This document shows positions 46,288-55,734 of a stretch of 64,000 bases of DNA, piece by piece; positions within the stretch are counted from its first letter, which is position 1, and every line of letters begins with the position of its first letter. This DNA comes from a virus: IMG/VR virus record IMGVR_UViG_3300031772_000003, positions 1 to 64,000 of that record; one strand, 5' to 3'. Under the pieces are notes generated by a model that saw only the letters and a program-made list of their open reading frames with translations, made no database searches and was not told the origin of the DNA. A program made the translations under genes and the position numbers.

Positions 46288-47079
46288 CTATCCCCCGGGG
46301 TGAGATCGTGGACAAAAGAACTCGTCCGTCAGGGGCACCTCCGCTCGCCACTCGAATCCGCATGTGGGACACACCGCTTGGAGAGCCAAGTCGACGCCGC
46401 AGTGGTTGGCATCAATGGTCTGCTGGAGCACCCGGGAATCCCTGCCATGTAGGGGTGGGCGCTCCAGGAATCTCTGGGCTTTGACCCCGTCGACTTTCTC
46501 ACCGTCGATACTGGCGATAGTGAGGGAGAGGGAGTAGAGGTACGACGGATCGCCATTGTCGGCCTCATTGGCATTGATGCTGCCGCGCTGCCTCATGAAG
46601 CGGCGGACCGCGATCTCATCGGTCCCGCGCAGGTGCCGAAGCTCCAACTCCCTGCCGCATACGGGGAGCTTGACCTTGAAGGTCTCGGCGTCCTCATCGG
46701 TGAGTTCCCTGACTTCGAGATCGCGTTTGAGATCGGCCCGATGCGTCGATGTCTTGCCGCATTGCCGGCACTGGAGCGGGAATTGGTACTCGGGCCATAA
46801 GGTGATGCAGCGCAGGGCCAGCAGCATGAACGCCTTGTCCCCGACCAGATACTGATCGAGGGGCAGGGTGTGGGTGAGCAGGCACGCATTGAGGACGCGG
46901 TCGACGACCTCCTCCCGGTTCCTACGGGTGGTGAGGAGCAGTTTCTCCTCGTCCGTGGACCACGGCCTGACCCAGACCTTGCCCTCGGGGATGGCCCCGG
47001 CGTAGAACCGCCCGCCGCTGGGGAGTGTGATTTCCTCGCTCCCAGCCGGGGGTGCCTCAACCCTGGTTTCGTCCGACAT
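46288..47079 (-). CDS. baseplate hub assembly chaperone (T4 gp26-like)
   Basis: ITLPSGGRFY, EEKLL, CRQCG, CPTCG, C-terminal EFF. Confidence 0.85.
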   Translation of the reverse strand: MSDETRVEAPPAGSEEITLPSGGRFYAGAIPEGKVWVRPWSTDEEKLLLTTRRNREEVVDRVLNACLLTHTLPLDQYLVGDKAFMLLALRCITLWPEYQFPLQCRQCGKTSTHRADLKRDLEVRELTDEDAETFKVKLPVCGRELELRHLRGTDEIAVRRFMRQRGSINANEADNGDPSYLYSLSLTIASIDGEKVDGVKAQRFLERPPLHGRDSRVLQQTIDANHCGVDLALQAVCPTCGFEWRAEVPLTDEFFCPRSHPGG

Positions 47080-47126
47080 CTGCTACCTCCTCAGTTGCCT
47101 CCCTGTAGTTCCTACTACTCTATCCA

Positions 47127-47690
47127 TCAGGCTGGGTAGGCCGATACCCAATTACTCTCGGCCCTATAGAACCGGTCACACTGAATCGTCAACTCCATGG
47201 TCATCGCCGCCGCGGTGGTCATGTCACCCTTACCGGGAGAGAACTTCATGGGCCACACCCCCCGGAGGGTCCACGGACGCCAGTTGGCCCCCGCCGGCCC
47301 CATCTTGAGCAGGGTTGCCGAGTCAACCTTGTAGTCCTTGGCCAGTCCCATGTTGCCCGTGGTTGGATCGTAGACCTTCTTGACCCAATCCCAGATGATC
47401 TGCTCAGCACTTTCCTCGTCAAGGAAGTCATAGAGGGTGATCTCGATGGGCTCCGTCTTGTGCCGGCCTGCAACGAACACGACCTCATTGACGAACTCGA
47501 TGGGGATTGCCTCGACGTTGAGGGCGGGGAATGCCAGCACCCGAACGGCGCGGCAGAGGATTTCCTCTGATATTCGTTCCCCCACGCCCTTGGGGTTGAG
47601 GCGAAGCATGAATTGGTTGGTGCGCTGGGGCTCATATCTCCCATCAGCGGCTGCGATGAAGCTGGCAGAGGTGTTGCTTACGACAGGCAT
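47127..47690 (-). CDS. tail tube protein (gp19-like)
   Basis: YEPQRTNQF, W...VYDPTTGNMGLAKDYK, WTLRGVWP. Confidence 0.9.
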   Translation of the reverse strand: MPVVSNTSASFIAAADGRYEPQRTNQFMLRLNPKGVGERISEEILCRAVRVLAFPALNVEAIPIEFVNEVVFVAGRHKTEPIEITLYDFLDEESAEQIIWDWVKKVYDPTTGNMGLAKDYKVDSATLLKMGPAGANWRPWTLRGVWPMKFSPGKGDMTTAAAMTMELTIQCDRFYRAESNWVSAYPA

Positions 47691-47716
47691 TGCGGCTCTC
47701 CTTGAGAAGTAGGACT

Positions 47717-49252
47717 TTACTGGATACCCGCGAACTCCTCGAACTGGGCCGCGGCACTGAGCAGCACGTAGTTGACGATGATCTTCTCGGCCCCCTTCTG
47801 AGGCTTGATCAGGACGTTGCCGATCATCTCGGAGCGGTCCCTGGCATCGGGGGTGTTGGTGGTCTCGTCGCAGATGACCCGGTAGTCCTCGATGCCACGC
47901 CGGCGCAAGATCATCTCACAGACAGGCTCTACCATGCGGATGAACCGCAGCCAGGTGAACCTGTCATCTGGTTCATGAACGAGATACCTGACCGAGGTGG
48001 CGATGGACTTTTCGAGGTACAGGAGCATGCGGCGGACGTTCACGCGATCCAGGGCAGTCGAGGCCCTGGCGAGTGTCTGCTGGCCCCACACCGCGGGACC
48101 AATCCCTGTGAAGTTGACGATGGGATTGACGCAGTTGCCCCCGCCGAGCATGTAATCCCGGTCGCCTTGGTTCGGTGAGTACCGCACGTCCAGCACGTCG
48201 GTGAGCATGCCGCGATTGAGGCCCGCTGGATTGAACCAGGGATCAGCGATATAGTCGGTATAAGCATACACGCCCGCTACGTGCCCGCTCGGCGGAATCC
48301 ACACGTCGGCATCGGCGTAGCCGTCGTGGACTTGAACCCAGGGGTGATAGGTCGCGGCGTAGCTGCTGTTGAGGGCTACGGCTGGACCGCCAGCGTACAC
48401 GCCGTTGTGCCAGTCCACCACCTCCTGGACCGTGAGGTAGTCTGGCGGATCGATCAGGGACATGCAATCGGCACGGGTAGCCGCAATGTCAATGAGTTCC
48501 GTGACCACACTGGGATCGCTCTGGCCCGGTGCGGCGAGGAGATTGATGTCGATGGTCTCGGACTGCCGGAAGATTTGGAGGCCCGTGGGTGGAATGAGTG
48601 GGGGGCTGCCGCCGGCCCCGATGATCTCCGAGGCGCTGACACCGGCCCCATCATCTCCGCCCACGAGTGCGTAGGTGCCGGTCCGGAGCGTCGTTTTCGT
48701 GGTGTCGGGCGCGACCGAGACGTAAGAGCTACCCGGGTACTTGTACGTGGTGTCCCCGTTGATCCACTTGCCGACGTAGTTGCGGTCACTCACGTAAGCG
48801 GCACCAACCCTGATCTGATCGTAGACCTCGGCCACGGCCCCTTGGTCCGTGATCACGATGCGGTAGGCCCCCGATACCACGGATGCCGAGATGACGATCT
48901 GCACCGTGTTGGCCCACGACCCCGAAGTGTCCGCGGTAAAGGCCAAGGCGGTGCCGGTGAGGCCGGCATCCTGCACCACGACCGAAGCGGCGGCGTCGTA
49001 GTGGGCAACCCTGACGACCTTCAGTTGCGTGCCCTTTCGGAGGTAGCGGATCGCGGAGAGGCCGCCGAGATGGGCCAGCGAGGGCTTGCCGAAGGTCCGG
49101 ACGTAGCTGGGCTCATCGGTGATCAGCGTCATCGCGTTCACCGGACCCTTCGCAGCCGTAGTGACGATGCCAAAGCTGGACGTAGAGAGCATGCGGACGT
49201 AGTTGCTGTAGTCCAGCTCGCGCCAGTACGCACCAGGGGAGAGAACGATCAT
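47717..49252 (-). CDS. tail sheath protein
   Basis: SPGAYWRELD, PWFNPAGLNRG, VWGQQTL, LDRVNVRR, VICDETTNTP. Confidence 0.96.
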   Translation of the reverse strand: MIVLSPGAYWRELDYSNYVRMLSTSSFGIVTTAAKGPVNAMTLITDEPSYVRTFGKPSLAHLGGLSAIRYLRKGTQLKVVRVAHYDAAASVVVQDAGLTGTALAFTADTSGSWANTVQIVISASVVSGAYRIVITDQGAVAEVYDQIRVGAAYVSDRNYVGKWINGDTTYKYPGSSYVSVAPDTTKTTLRTGTYALVGGDDGAGVSASEIIGAGGSPPLIPPTGLQIFRQSETIDINLLAAPGQSDPSVVTELIDIAATRADCMSLIDPPDYLTVQEVVDWHNGVYAGGPAVALNSSYAATYHPWVQVHDGYADADVWIPPSGHVAGVYAYTDYIADPWFNPAGLNRGMLTDVLDVRYSPNQGDRDYMLGGGNCVNPIVNFTGIGPAVWGQQTLARASTALDRVNVRRMLLYLEKSIATSVRYLVHEPDDRFTWLRFIRMVEPVCEMILRRRGIEDYRVICDETTNTPDARDRSEMIGNVLIKPQKGAEKIIVNYVLLSAAAQFEEFAGIQ

Positions 49253-49266
49253 GTGAAGCTCCTAAG

Positions 49267-50001
49267 CTACGGTCCTGGAGTAACGACGGTAGTGGTTTCA
49301 GTCACTTCAACGGTCTCGAACAGGCCGCCCTCCTCACCAGCGGCGGTAAGTTCGTGGACCGGTATCGTGATCTTCTCGACAATCGGCACCTCGACCTGCG
49401 GACGCGCGATCCACCCTTCCATCTGGAACGACAGCATCCATCGCAACTGCCGCTGGTCCGTGGGGTGTTCCAACACCGAAAGGTCACGATTCTCCATCAG
49501 TTGCGTGAAGACGCGCAGCGTCCCGTAGGGGAAGGGATGCTCTACCCGAATGAAGGTGCTCCAGCCCTCGGTCATGGCCAGCAGAAGCTGGTTTGCTAGG
49601 GCTTGTAGCTCCTCCAGGTTTCGGCCCCAGAGATCGACTTGGTACGTCAGGTTCACGGCTTGGGGCCACGGGGCTCCGATGTAACGGTTGGTGTCGACGT
49701 TGCGATAGAGCCGGGAGTGGCCGCAGATCGCGTATCGGGTATGGTCGAGGGCCAAGCCCGTTCTGGAAATCGAGCCCCAAGGCAAGGGATAGACGAGGCC
49801 CTGTATCGGATGGGCCTGATGATCGGGGAGGGGTTTCCGGGTCCTGCCCGCCAGCTTTTTCTCCAACGCTGCAAAGGCCCGCTCCGGCGTCGCAAAGACG
49901 TACTCGATGGGCTTGCCGTCGTGCAGGGTGTGGGCCCGGACCCAGTCCACGAAGGCTTTGCCATAGTTGCGGTAGAGTTGGACGCCGGTGTCAAGCGACA
50001 C
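49267..50001 (-). CDS. tail terminator/sheath stabiliser (gp15-like)
   Basis: FATPERAF, PQAVNLTYQVDLW, MEGW; directly upstream of the sheath gene. Confidence 0.72.
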   Translation of the reverse strand: MSLDTGVQLYRNYGKAFVDWVRAHTLHDGKPIEYVFATPERAFAALEKKLAGRTRKPLPDHQAHPIQGLVYPLPWGSISRTGLALDHTRYAICGHSRLYRNVDTNRYIGAPWPQAVNLTYQVDLWGRNLEELQALANQLLLAMTEGWSTFIRVEHPFPYGTLRVFTQLMENRDLSVLEHPTDQRQLRWMLSFQMEGWIARPQVEVPIVEKITIPVHELTAAGEEGGLFETVEVTETTTVVTPGP

Positions 50002-50329
50002 TGTTACGCTCCAAGGAGGCCACGGCCTCATCTAGGTCCAGCAAGCCGCGCTCGCAGGCCCCCACGGCCTCCCCTCGGGTCCAAGGCTCGCGGAGGGTGA
50101 GGGCCTCAAATATGGCACGGAAGCGGCCTAGACGCTCGCAGGCACGCTTCCGGCTCTTCACGCGGCCTCCGGGCCTCATGAGGAGCCGGCTCAACGCCTT
50201 GGCGTGTGCGCGGGCCTCTAGGACCGTTGCGGGAGCCGCGAGACCCAGAGCTTCTCGGCAGGTCCCACCTGACAGATTCCGGACCCATCGGGCGTAAGCG
50301 GCAAGCACACTTGTGGCTGCGGCGCTCAT
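49991..50329 (-). CDS. hypothetical protein
   Basis: Coupled ORF in the morphogenesis block. Confidence 0.5.
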   Translation of the reverse strand: MSAAATSVLAAYARWVRNLSGGTCREALGLAAPATVLEARAHAKALSRLLMRPGGRVKSRKRACERLGRFRAIFEALTLREPWTRGEAVGACERGLLDLDEAVASLERNSVA

Positions 50330-50787
50330 GCGTGTGCCCTCCGCTCGATCCGTTGCGCCACGGATTCCGCCACGGCCCTAGCCAAGCCATCAATGGCCGC
50401 TCCAACCCTGCTTAGGGGACCCCTAGCGGGGACCGTAGAGGTGCCGTACTCCAGGGCCTCGATGATCTCGGGCGGAACGCCGAGCCGACCCATCCTATCG
50501 GCATCCAGAATCACGGCATAACTGCCGTCCTCATCACCGGGCTCGACTCGTATGGAACTCGTGATCGCGGCCGCGGTCTGGGGCAGATGGGCCAAGGCGG
50601 GCCACGCCAGAATGGCGTCGGGGCTGGGCAGCCAGCCCATGAGGGCGAACCGAACCTCCTCGCGGAGGGCCTCGGCGATGGTGAGGCAGGTATCGCGGGG
50701 CAGGGCCCCGCGGGCCGCCTCCACCTCACCCATGAGGTCGTGGAGAATCGCACCGGCGTCAATGCTTGGCACCGAAATAGACAGCAC
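50326..50787 (-). CDS. tail completion/neck protein (HK97 gp10-like)
   Basis: LEYGTSTVPAR motif. Confidence 0.6.
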   Translation of the reverse strand: MLSISVPSIDAGAILHDLMGEVEAARGALPRDTCLTIAEALREEVRFALMGWLPSPDAILAWPALAHLPQTAAAITSSIRVEPGDEDGSYAVILDADRMGRLGVPPEIIEALEYGTSTVPARGPLSRVGAAIDGLARAVAESVAQRIERRAHA

Positions 50788-50902
50788 TGGCAGGCTCCAC
50801 GGGGCCCTGACCGGGGTAAACCGGCGGCTCGCGCCTTGGGTCCCGACACGGTACTATGCGGACGGTTCTATGGATATTCTACTGTGGGGGGAGAGGAGGC
50901 CA

Positions 50903-51415
50903 TTAGGGCTGTTGGTACGCTTCCAGTGGCTCGCGGTAGCGGGTGCCGCGAATGTCGTACCACAGCGGCACGTCGGTGTTGGCGAAGCGGGTGGCGCAAA
51001 TGACGCTCAACACGTCGTAGACACACTCGGAGAAACGGAAGCGGTCCCCCGCCGCCGCGATGATCGTGGCCGCTAAGGTGTTGGGGTTTTGGGTCGCTAG
51101 GCCCGCTTGGACGAGGCTGAGGACGCTGACCTTCAGCGTCACATCACGGGTCTCCTCCACCCCGTACTTGGTGAGGGGCCTGGCTTCGGCATCGGGTGCG
51201 GGGGCTGCCCGAACCTGATGGGGCGCGGGCCTGCCATCCACACCGTCGGTGAAGACCTTCTCGGCCTCGCGGGCCTCCGCGAACACGTCGTCCACGGCCT
51301 CCGCCGACGTGACCTGCCGCCAGTACGTGATGAGTGGGTAGTGGCGGTTGCAGTAGTCCCTCATGCGGCGTTGGATATTGGCGAGATCGCGGAGGGTTGG
51401 CCACTGGGTCTGCAT
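50903..51415 (-). CDS. neck/head-closure protein (gp14-like)
   Basis: VDDVFAE, LTKYGVE, GDRFRF..CVYDV. Confidence 0.65.
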   Translation of the reverse strand: MQTQWPTLRDLANIQRRMRDYCNRHYPLITYWRQVTSAEAVDDVFAEAREAEKVFTDGVDGRPAPHQVRAAPAPDAEARPLTKYGVEETRDVTLKVSVLSLVQAGLATQNPNTLAATIIAAAGDRFRFSECVYDVLSVICATRFANTDVPLWYDIRGTRYREPLEAYQQP

Positions 51416-51560
51416 CACTTGGCTCCAAGTGGCTTTACGGCTTCCTGGGGCTTGGCGGGGGTGGTATAACCTGATTTGGAAGCCAGGGCTCCTGCCGCTA
51501 CGGATGCCGCCGCGGCCCACAACACCAAGGGGAGACACAGATGACGCATGGTAAACCTCC

Positions 51561-51815
51561 TCACCTCCCCATATGCTGGGCCTCCGGGGCACTGCTGGCC
51601 GACACCCCGGCGTCCCTCTTTTCCATCTGCCGCCGCCGCTCCCGGGCCAACTCGTTGAGACTGATGCCCTCGCGCGCCGCCCACGCCACGACCGCGGGTG
51701 GGAACTTCGCTATGATGAGCAACTCCGCGACCTTTGCCACGCGGTCTACAGTTGTCTCGGTCGGCCACGAGCAACCCGCAAGGATGCAGGTGACGAGGAT
51801 AGCGGCGACGCGCAT
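51561..51815 (-). CDS. small lipoprotein
   Basis: Signal peptide with LAGC lipobox. Confidence 0.6.
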   Translation of the reverse strand: MRVAAILVTCILAGCSWPTETTVDRVAKVAELLIIAKFPPAVVAWAAREGISLNELARERRRQMEKRDAGVSASSAPEAQHMGR

Positions 51816-51816
51816 G

Positions 51817-51993
51817 CTAATCTCCCGTTTCGTCCCACATGTTCGATACCGAATCGCTGATCGTCAGGTTCGAGTTCCAGCGGGCGTAGCGGATGATTAC
51901 CCGCACGACGATCAGGCACAGCAAACCACGCACTATCCCATAGAGGAGCCAGAGGCCAGCGCCGGCGAGTAGTGCGTAGAGCAGCCAGTTCAT
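51817..51993 (-). CDS. small membrane protein (58 aa)
   Basis: MNWLLYALLAGAGLWLLYGIVRGLLCLIVV..., translated by hand; below the ORF-track cutoff. Confidence 0.5.
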   Translation of the reverse strand: MNWLLYALLAGAGLWLLYGIVRGLLCLIVVRVIIRYARWNSNLTISDSVSNMWDETGD

Positions 51994-52203
51994 CTTCTCA
52001 CCTGCCCCACAAGAGCCGCAGCACCTCCCTCATGGGATTGGAAGCCCTGCCGCAGTGAGAGCGGCCTTGGCGTCGCTCGCCTTCCCATTCAGGTCTTGGC
52101 GGAACTTCGCCACGTAGAACTTGAGGAGCTTTTGTGAATACTCCACGTCCGAGATCGTGCCGGCGGCGTGCCCTTTGACCAAAGGGGCGAGGATGATAAA
52201 TGG

Positions 52204-52491
52204 TCAGGTCGAGCCGTTATGAACGCCGTCCCAAGTGACCTCGGTGTAGTAGCGGTGGAGGATGTCGAGCGTCCGCCAATCGGGGCCGGCGAGGAACGGC
52301 TTGCAGAAGTCGATGTCGGCTTGGGTCTGGTTCGGCACTCCAACGCTGGAGCACCCGCCCACGTTAATCGGAACCTCGAAGCCGTCGATGACGGTCCTCG
52401 GCCTGCGAACCATGCCCGGCCCGCACGATACCAGGGCCACGGTCAACGCGACGACGGCCTTCTTCGCCCACGACACGTTGCGCATCGGCAC
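52204..52491 (-). CDS. putative lipoprotein
   Basis: AGGAGG RBS; hydrophobic leader ending ALVSC. Confidence 0.55.
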   Translation of the reverse strand: MPMRNVSWAKKAVVALTVALVSCGPGMVRRPRTVIDGFEVPINVGGCSSVGVPNQTQADIDFCKPFLAGPDWRTLDILHRYYTEVTWDGVHNGST

Positions 52492-52512
52492 GCCTCCTAT
52501 GCCAAAAAAAAG

Positions 52513-53223
52513 TTACATCACCAGCGGCCCTTGGATGCGGCTCAACCGCTTGATCGTCGCCTCGGCTTCCGCGATCAGTTTAGCCGAATCCGTTGCAAGT
52601 TGTGCCGCATTCGTGGCCAACTGGCCCCCGGGGGCAGGCACCATCGGGAACTTGCCCCTGATCTCGGACAGGATGCCCTTGGCATAGCCAAGGACGGCCT
52701 TCTTCAGGACATCGACGTACTGCACCTTGCCTTTCTCGAAGTCGCCGGCATCGAGGGGAACGGCGACGATGTAGGCGATGTCGAAAGGCCCGCCCCAGCA
52801 GTCCACGAAGACCTTCCTGCTCGTCCCGTCGTAGGTCCAGCCGGGCTCCCTGCCCCTCACGCGCTGGTACAGCTTATACTGGCTGCGGTAGAAGTACCAA
52901 TCGCCCACCGGCATCCTCGGCCAAACCATCCTGAACATGAGCTCGAAGATGTTCATTTCCGAGTATTCACGAAGCTCCTGGGGCATCAGGAACTTCATGG
53001 TGAGGATGCCCCTGTCGGTGGGGTTGAGTTGGATCACCACCGATCCAACTTGGCTGCGCAAGACCCGAAGTTCGCGGCCAGAGGTGTAGTGGTTGAAGAG
53101 GTCGAGGGCGTCCTGGACCGATGTGGTGAGGTGGGTCTCGGTAAGCTCGACCTCAACCTCTGGGGCACCTAACCTGGCCTTGATCCAGTCCTTGAGCGTC
53201 GTCGTGAAAGTTTCGGCGGACAT
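52513..53223 (-). CDS. neck protein (gp13-like)
   Basis: LKDWIKARLGAPEVEVEL, AKGILSEIRGKF...PGGQL. Confidence 0.85.
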   Translation of the reverse strand: MSAETFTTTLKDWIKARLGAPEVEVELTETHLTTSVQDALDLFNHYTSGRELRVLRSQVGSVVIQLNPTDRGILTMKFLMPQELREYSEMNIFELMFRMVWPRMPVGDWYFYRSQYKLYQRVRGREPGWTYDGTSRKVFVDCWGGPFDIAYIVAVPLDAGDFEKGKVQYVDVLKKAVLGYAKGILSEIRGKFPMVPAPGGQLATNAAQLATDSAKLIAEAEATIKRLSRIQGPLVM

Positions 53224-53255
53224 CGCAGGCTCCTCACCTCTATTCTACACCCAGA

Positions 53256-54395
53256 CTAGGAGAGAGTAAGGGGGCCTGGGGGAGGAATAACGAACTTGGA
53301 GCCGTCCCAGTACTTCCTGTGGCGCATCAGTTGGGAGAGAGACGGGCCAGCCACGCCACCGCTTTGCTCGGTGCCCCAGGTCAACTCGTTGTCGGCCTGG
53401 GTGACGTTCGCATACTCGAAGGCGAGCCAGGCGGCGGAGCGGGCGATACCCACGCTCAGGTGCATCTCGTCCAACCGGCCGTCCAGCCAATTGTTCGCTC
53501 CACCCGCATAGTGATTACCGAACAGTCGGTAGGTATTAGATGAGTTCAGGGCGTCAACCGACGTTGTGCTGTATGCTACCTCAATTCCGTCTTTATAAAC
53601 GGATTTTCGGCCATCGGAGACGCTATATCGAGCTGCAACGTGGTGCCACGCGCCCGTGCCCATCGTGTAAGCAACATCGTTATTCCGCGTGCCATTATTA
53701 CCAGTCGATGTGTCGCGCGTGTAGAAGGCTGTTTGAGTAAGTGAAAATGCCCAGTAATCATTACTGCTATAACTCATAAGATGGGATGTGGAACTTGGGG
53801 TGCTGTCAGCATATGCCCATGCCGAGAATGTGATTTCTGACGCGCCATCGATCACGTTCGGCGCAGTGAAGGCGTCCGTGTTGCTGTCGATATCTACGGC
53901 GCTTCCGATCTTGCCAGTCAATCCATAGGCGGGGGTGTTCACCTCCGCCGCTGTGTTCCCGTTGGCGGTGGAATCCGCGAGTGGCGTTGAGGCATCAGAA
54001 CAATGCCAGACGCCCTTGAAGTTGGCATCCCACACGCCTGATGCCGGTGAATAGGCCGTGTCGCCGGCCTTCTCATAGTAGACGCGCACGACGGTCTTGG
54101 TTCCACTGGCCGCGATGCTTGGGATTTTCACCCAGATGGAGGCTGTGACGTTGGACCCTGCACCACCGCTCCACGCCTCGATCTCGCTCGGTATTTCCGT
54201 TTGCGTTGCCGTCTCGTAGAAGTGCACGTCCGCGCCTGTCGCCAGGCAGTTCTTGAACACGACATCGAGCGTCGTGGCGTCGCCGTTTGTGTGCGCACTA
54301 TCGATTGGAAACAGCGCGGGGAAGTCCGTCAATCCGGCTGCCGGGTAGTCAATGGTGACTTCCATGTAGTGCGCGTAGCCACTTGGGTAGGCCAT
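53256..54395 (-). CDS. DUF2341 + LamG-like virion decoration/adhesion protein
   Basis: LTDFP, IWVKIP, VWDANFKGVWH, WHHVAA, YKDG, GRLDEMHLS..ARSAAW. Confidence 0.85.
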   Translation of the reverse strand: MAYPSGYAHYMEVTIDYPAAGLTDFPALFPIDSAHTNGDATTLDVVFKNCLATGADVHFYETATQTEIPSEIEAWSGGAGSNVTASIWVKIPSIAASGTKTVVRVYYEKAGDTAYSPASGVWDANFKGVWHCSDASTPLADSTANGNTAAEVNTPAYGLTGKIGSAVDIDSNTDAFTAPNVIDGASEITFSAWAYADSTPSSTSHLMSYSSNDYWAFSLTQTAFYTRDTSTGNNGTRNNDVAYTMGTGAWHHVAARYSVSDGRKSVYKDGIEVAYSTTSVDALNSSNTYRLFGNHYAGGANNWLDGRLDEMHLSVGIARSAAWLAFEYANVTQADNELTWGTEQSGGVAGPSLSQLMRHRKYWDGSKFVIPPPGPLTLS

Positions 54396-54408
54396 GCCTC
54401 AATCCCAT

Positions 54409-54657
54409 TCAGGCAAGATAGGCGGCACAGGCGTTGTAGAGCGCCGTGACCTTCGCCTTGAGCGAGTCGAGCTTGTCCACGTCTGCCTGGTCATACTCGC
54501 CCGTTGCGACACCGGCGATCATGATCAAGCGCGCCTGATTCAGTTCGAGCGCCTTGTTGGCGATGACAACGGCGCTACTCGAAATCTGGCTGAGGCGCCC
54601 CATGATTTCCTCGGCCATTTTCCTTCTGGTTACTTCCACAAATGCGTCACGGGCCAT
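54409..54657 (-). CDS. hypothetical protein
   Basis: AGGAG RBS; helical. Confidence 0.6.
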   Translation of the reverse strand: MARDAFVEVTRRKMAEEIMGRLSQISSSAVVIANKALELNQARLIMIAGVATGEYDQADVDKLDSLKAKVTALYNACAAYLA

Positions 54658-54813
54658 TGCAGTCTCCTTTCAAGCCGCGTGCGGTGCGGCGTAATGGGCC
54701 GGGGCAGAGGATGGCCCGCGGAGCATCCCTTTGTGGGCCGGGCCTTTGGCAGTGTGCCAACCGCGCATTCCCCACCCCTATTCGTTTCACCACTGGGTGA
54801 AGTCCATGTTCCA

Positions 54814-55536
54814 CTACTTAGGTGGCTCCGGCAGCGCCTCATGCTGCTCCTCGGTCAAGCCATGCTTGGCGTAGAGGTGGCCGATGAGGCCGTTGGTGTT
54901 CTTGAACCGCTTCTCCACGCCCTGCTGGGCGCAGACTTTACATAGGGGGAGATTCGCGGGCATTGTGGCTGGGATGACCGCCCCCATGCTTGGTGTCGGC
55001 ACCTGCTCGAAGGCAGGGGCTTGCGGAGGAGCGCTGGGGGCAGGAGGTGTGGGTGGTGCAGCCGCCACAACGCGCGGCGGCACCGAGACGTGGTTGGGGT
55101 GGGCCCGGGCGACATGAGCGTCATGGAGGGCCAATTGGCCTGTTCGGTGGATCTGGCAGACCCGGCAAATGTAGATCCCGCGCCTTCGTTCGTAGGTGTC
55201 GGTTTCTTCCTCGATGGGAGCGAGGGGCTGGGAGGGTGGAGGGCGAGCTACTGGGGGGCTCGCTCTTGGTTGTACCGGGGCCGTGGGGCGGGGTGGTGAG
55301 GGTGCGGGGTGAGTGGTGCTGCGGGGCGCGAGGTAATGAGGCGGCAACATCGGCTGCGCGGGGACCGGTGGAGTTCCGGGTCGATCCGGCACCACGACTC
55401 GGCTCAAGAAATCGGGCCCGACGTGGCGGCTCCACCACGGATCGGGAGAATAGCCCCCGGGTGGGAACGCCACTTGTGCCCCCGCCCTGCTCAGGAATAA
55501 GGGGTGGGGATGAAGGTTCTGGTAAATGACGGCCAT
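54814..55536 (-). CDS. Pro-rich protein with two C2H2-like Zn fingers
   Basis: CRVC...H..H...H and CKVC...FKN.NGLIGHLYAKH. Confidence 0.7.
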   Translation of the reverse strand: MAVIYQNLHPHPLFLSRAGAQVAFPPGGYSPDPWWSRHVGPDFLSRVVVPDRPGTPPVPAQPMLPPHYLAPRSTTHPAPSPPRPTAPVQPRASPPVARPPPSQPLAPIEEETDTYERRRGIYICRVCQIHRTGQLALHDAHVARAHPNHVSVPPRVVAAAPPTPPAPSAPPQAPAFEQVPTPSMGAVIPATMPANLPLCKVCAQQGVEKRFKNTNGLIGHLYAKHGLTEEQHEALPEPPK

Positions 55537-55580
55537 TGCGTCCTCCTCGTTGTCGAGATACCTCCGGCACTCATGTGCAA

Positions 55581-55614
55581 GCGGGACGCCCAGGACTCGG
55601 CCTGAGCGTCCCGC
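55581..55614 (-). terminator. hairpin downstream of the capsid gene
   Basis: gcgggacgcccagg/cctgagcgtcccgc inverted repeat. Confidence 0.55.
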
Positions 55615-55620
55615 CTGGGT

Positions 55621-55681
55621 GCTACTCCAAAGTAGCGGTGCTACTCCAAAGTAGTGGTGCTACTCCAAAGTAGCGGTGCTA
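55621..55681. repeat. 3 x 19-bp palindromic units GCTACTCCAAAGTAGC-GGT
   Basis: Same family as the array at 10310-10452. Confidence 0.9.
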
Positions 55682-55734
55682 TGCCACGAACGCGGGTCTA
55701 TGTACCTGAGCGGCGATTCTCGTCAAGCCCCTGC

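Noticed and set aside
51860-51895. tRNA-like GGTTCGAG on the plus strand
   Set aside because: No T-stem or acceptor pairing; it lies inside a small minus-strand ORF.
55699-55726. sigma70 promoter TTGACG...TACATA
   Set aside because: The -10 lacks the conserved final T and the spacing is suboptimal.
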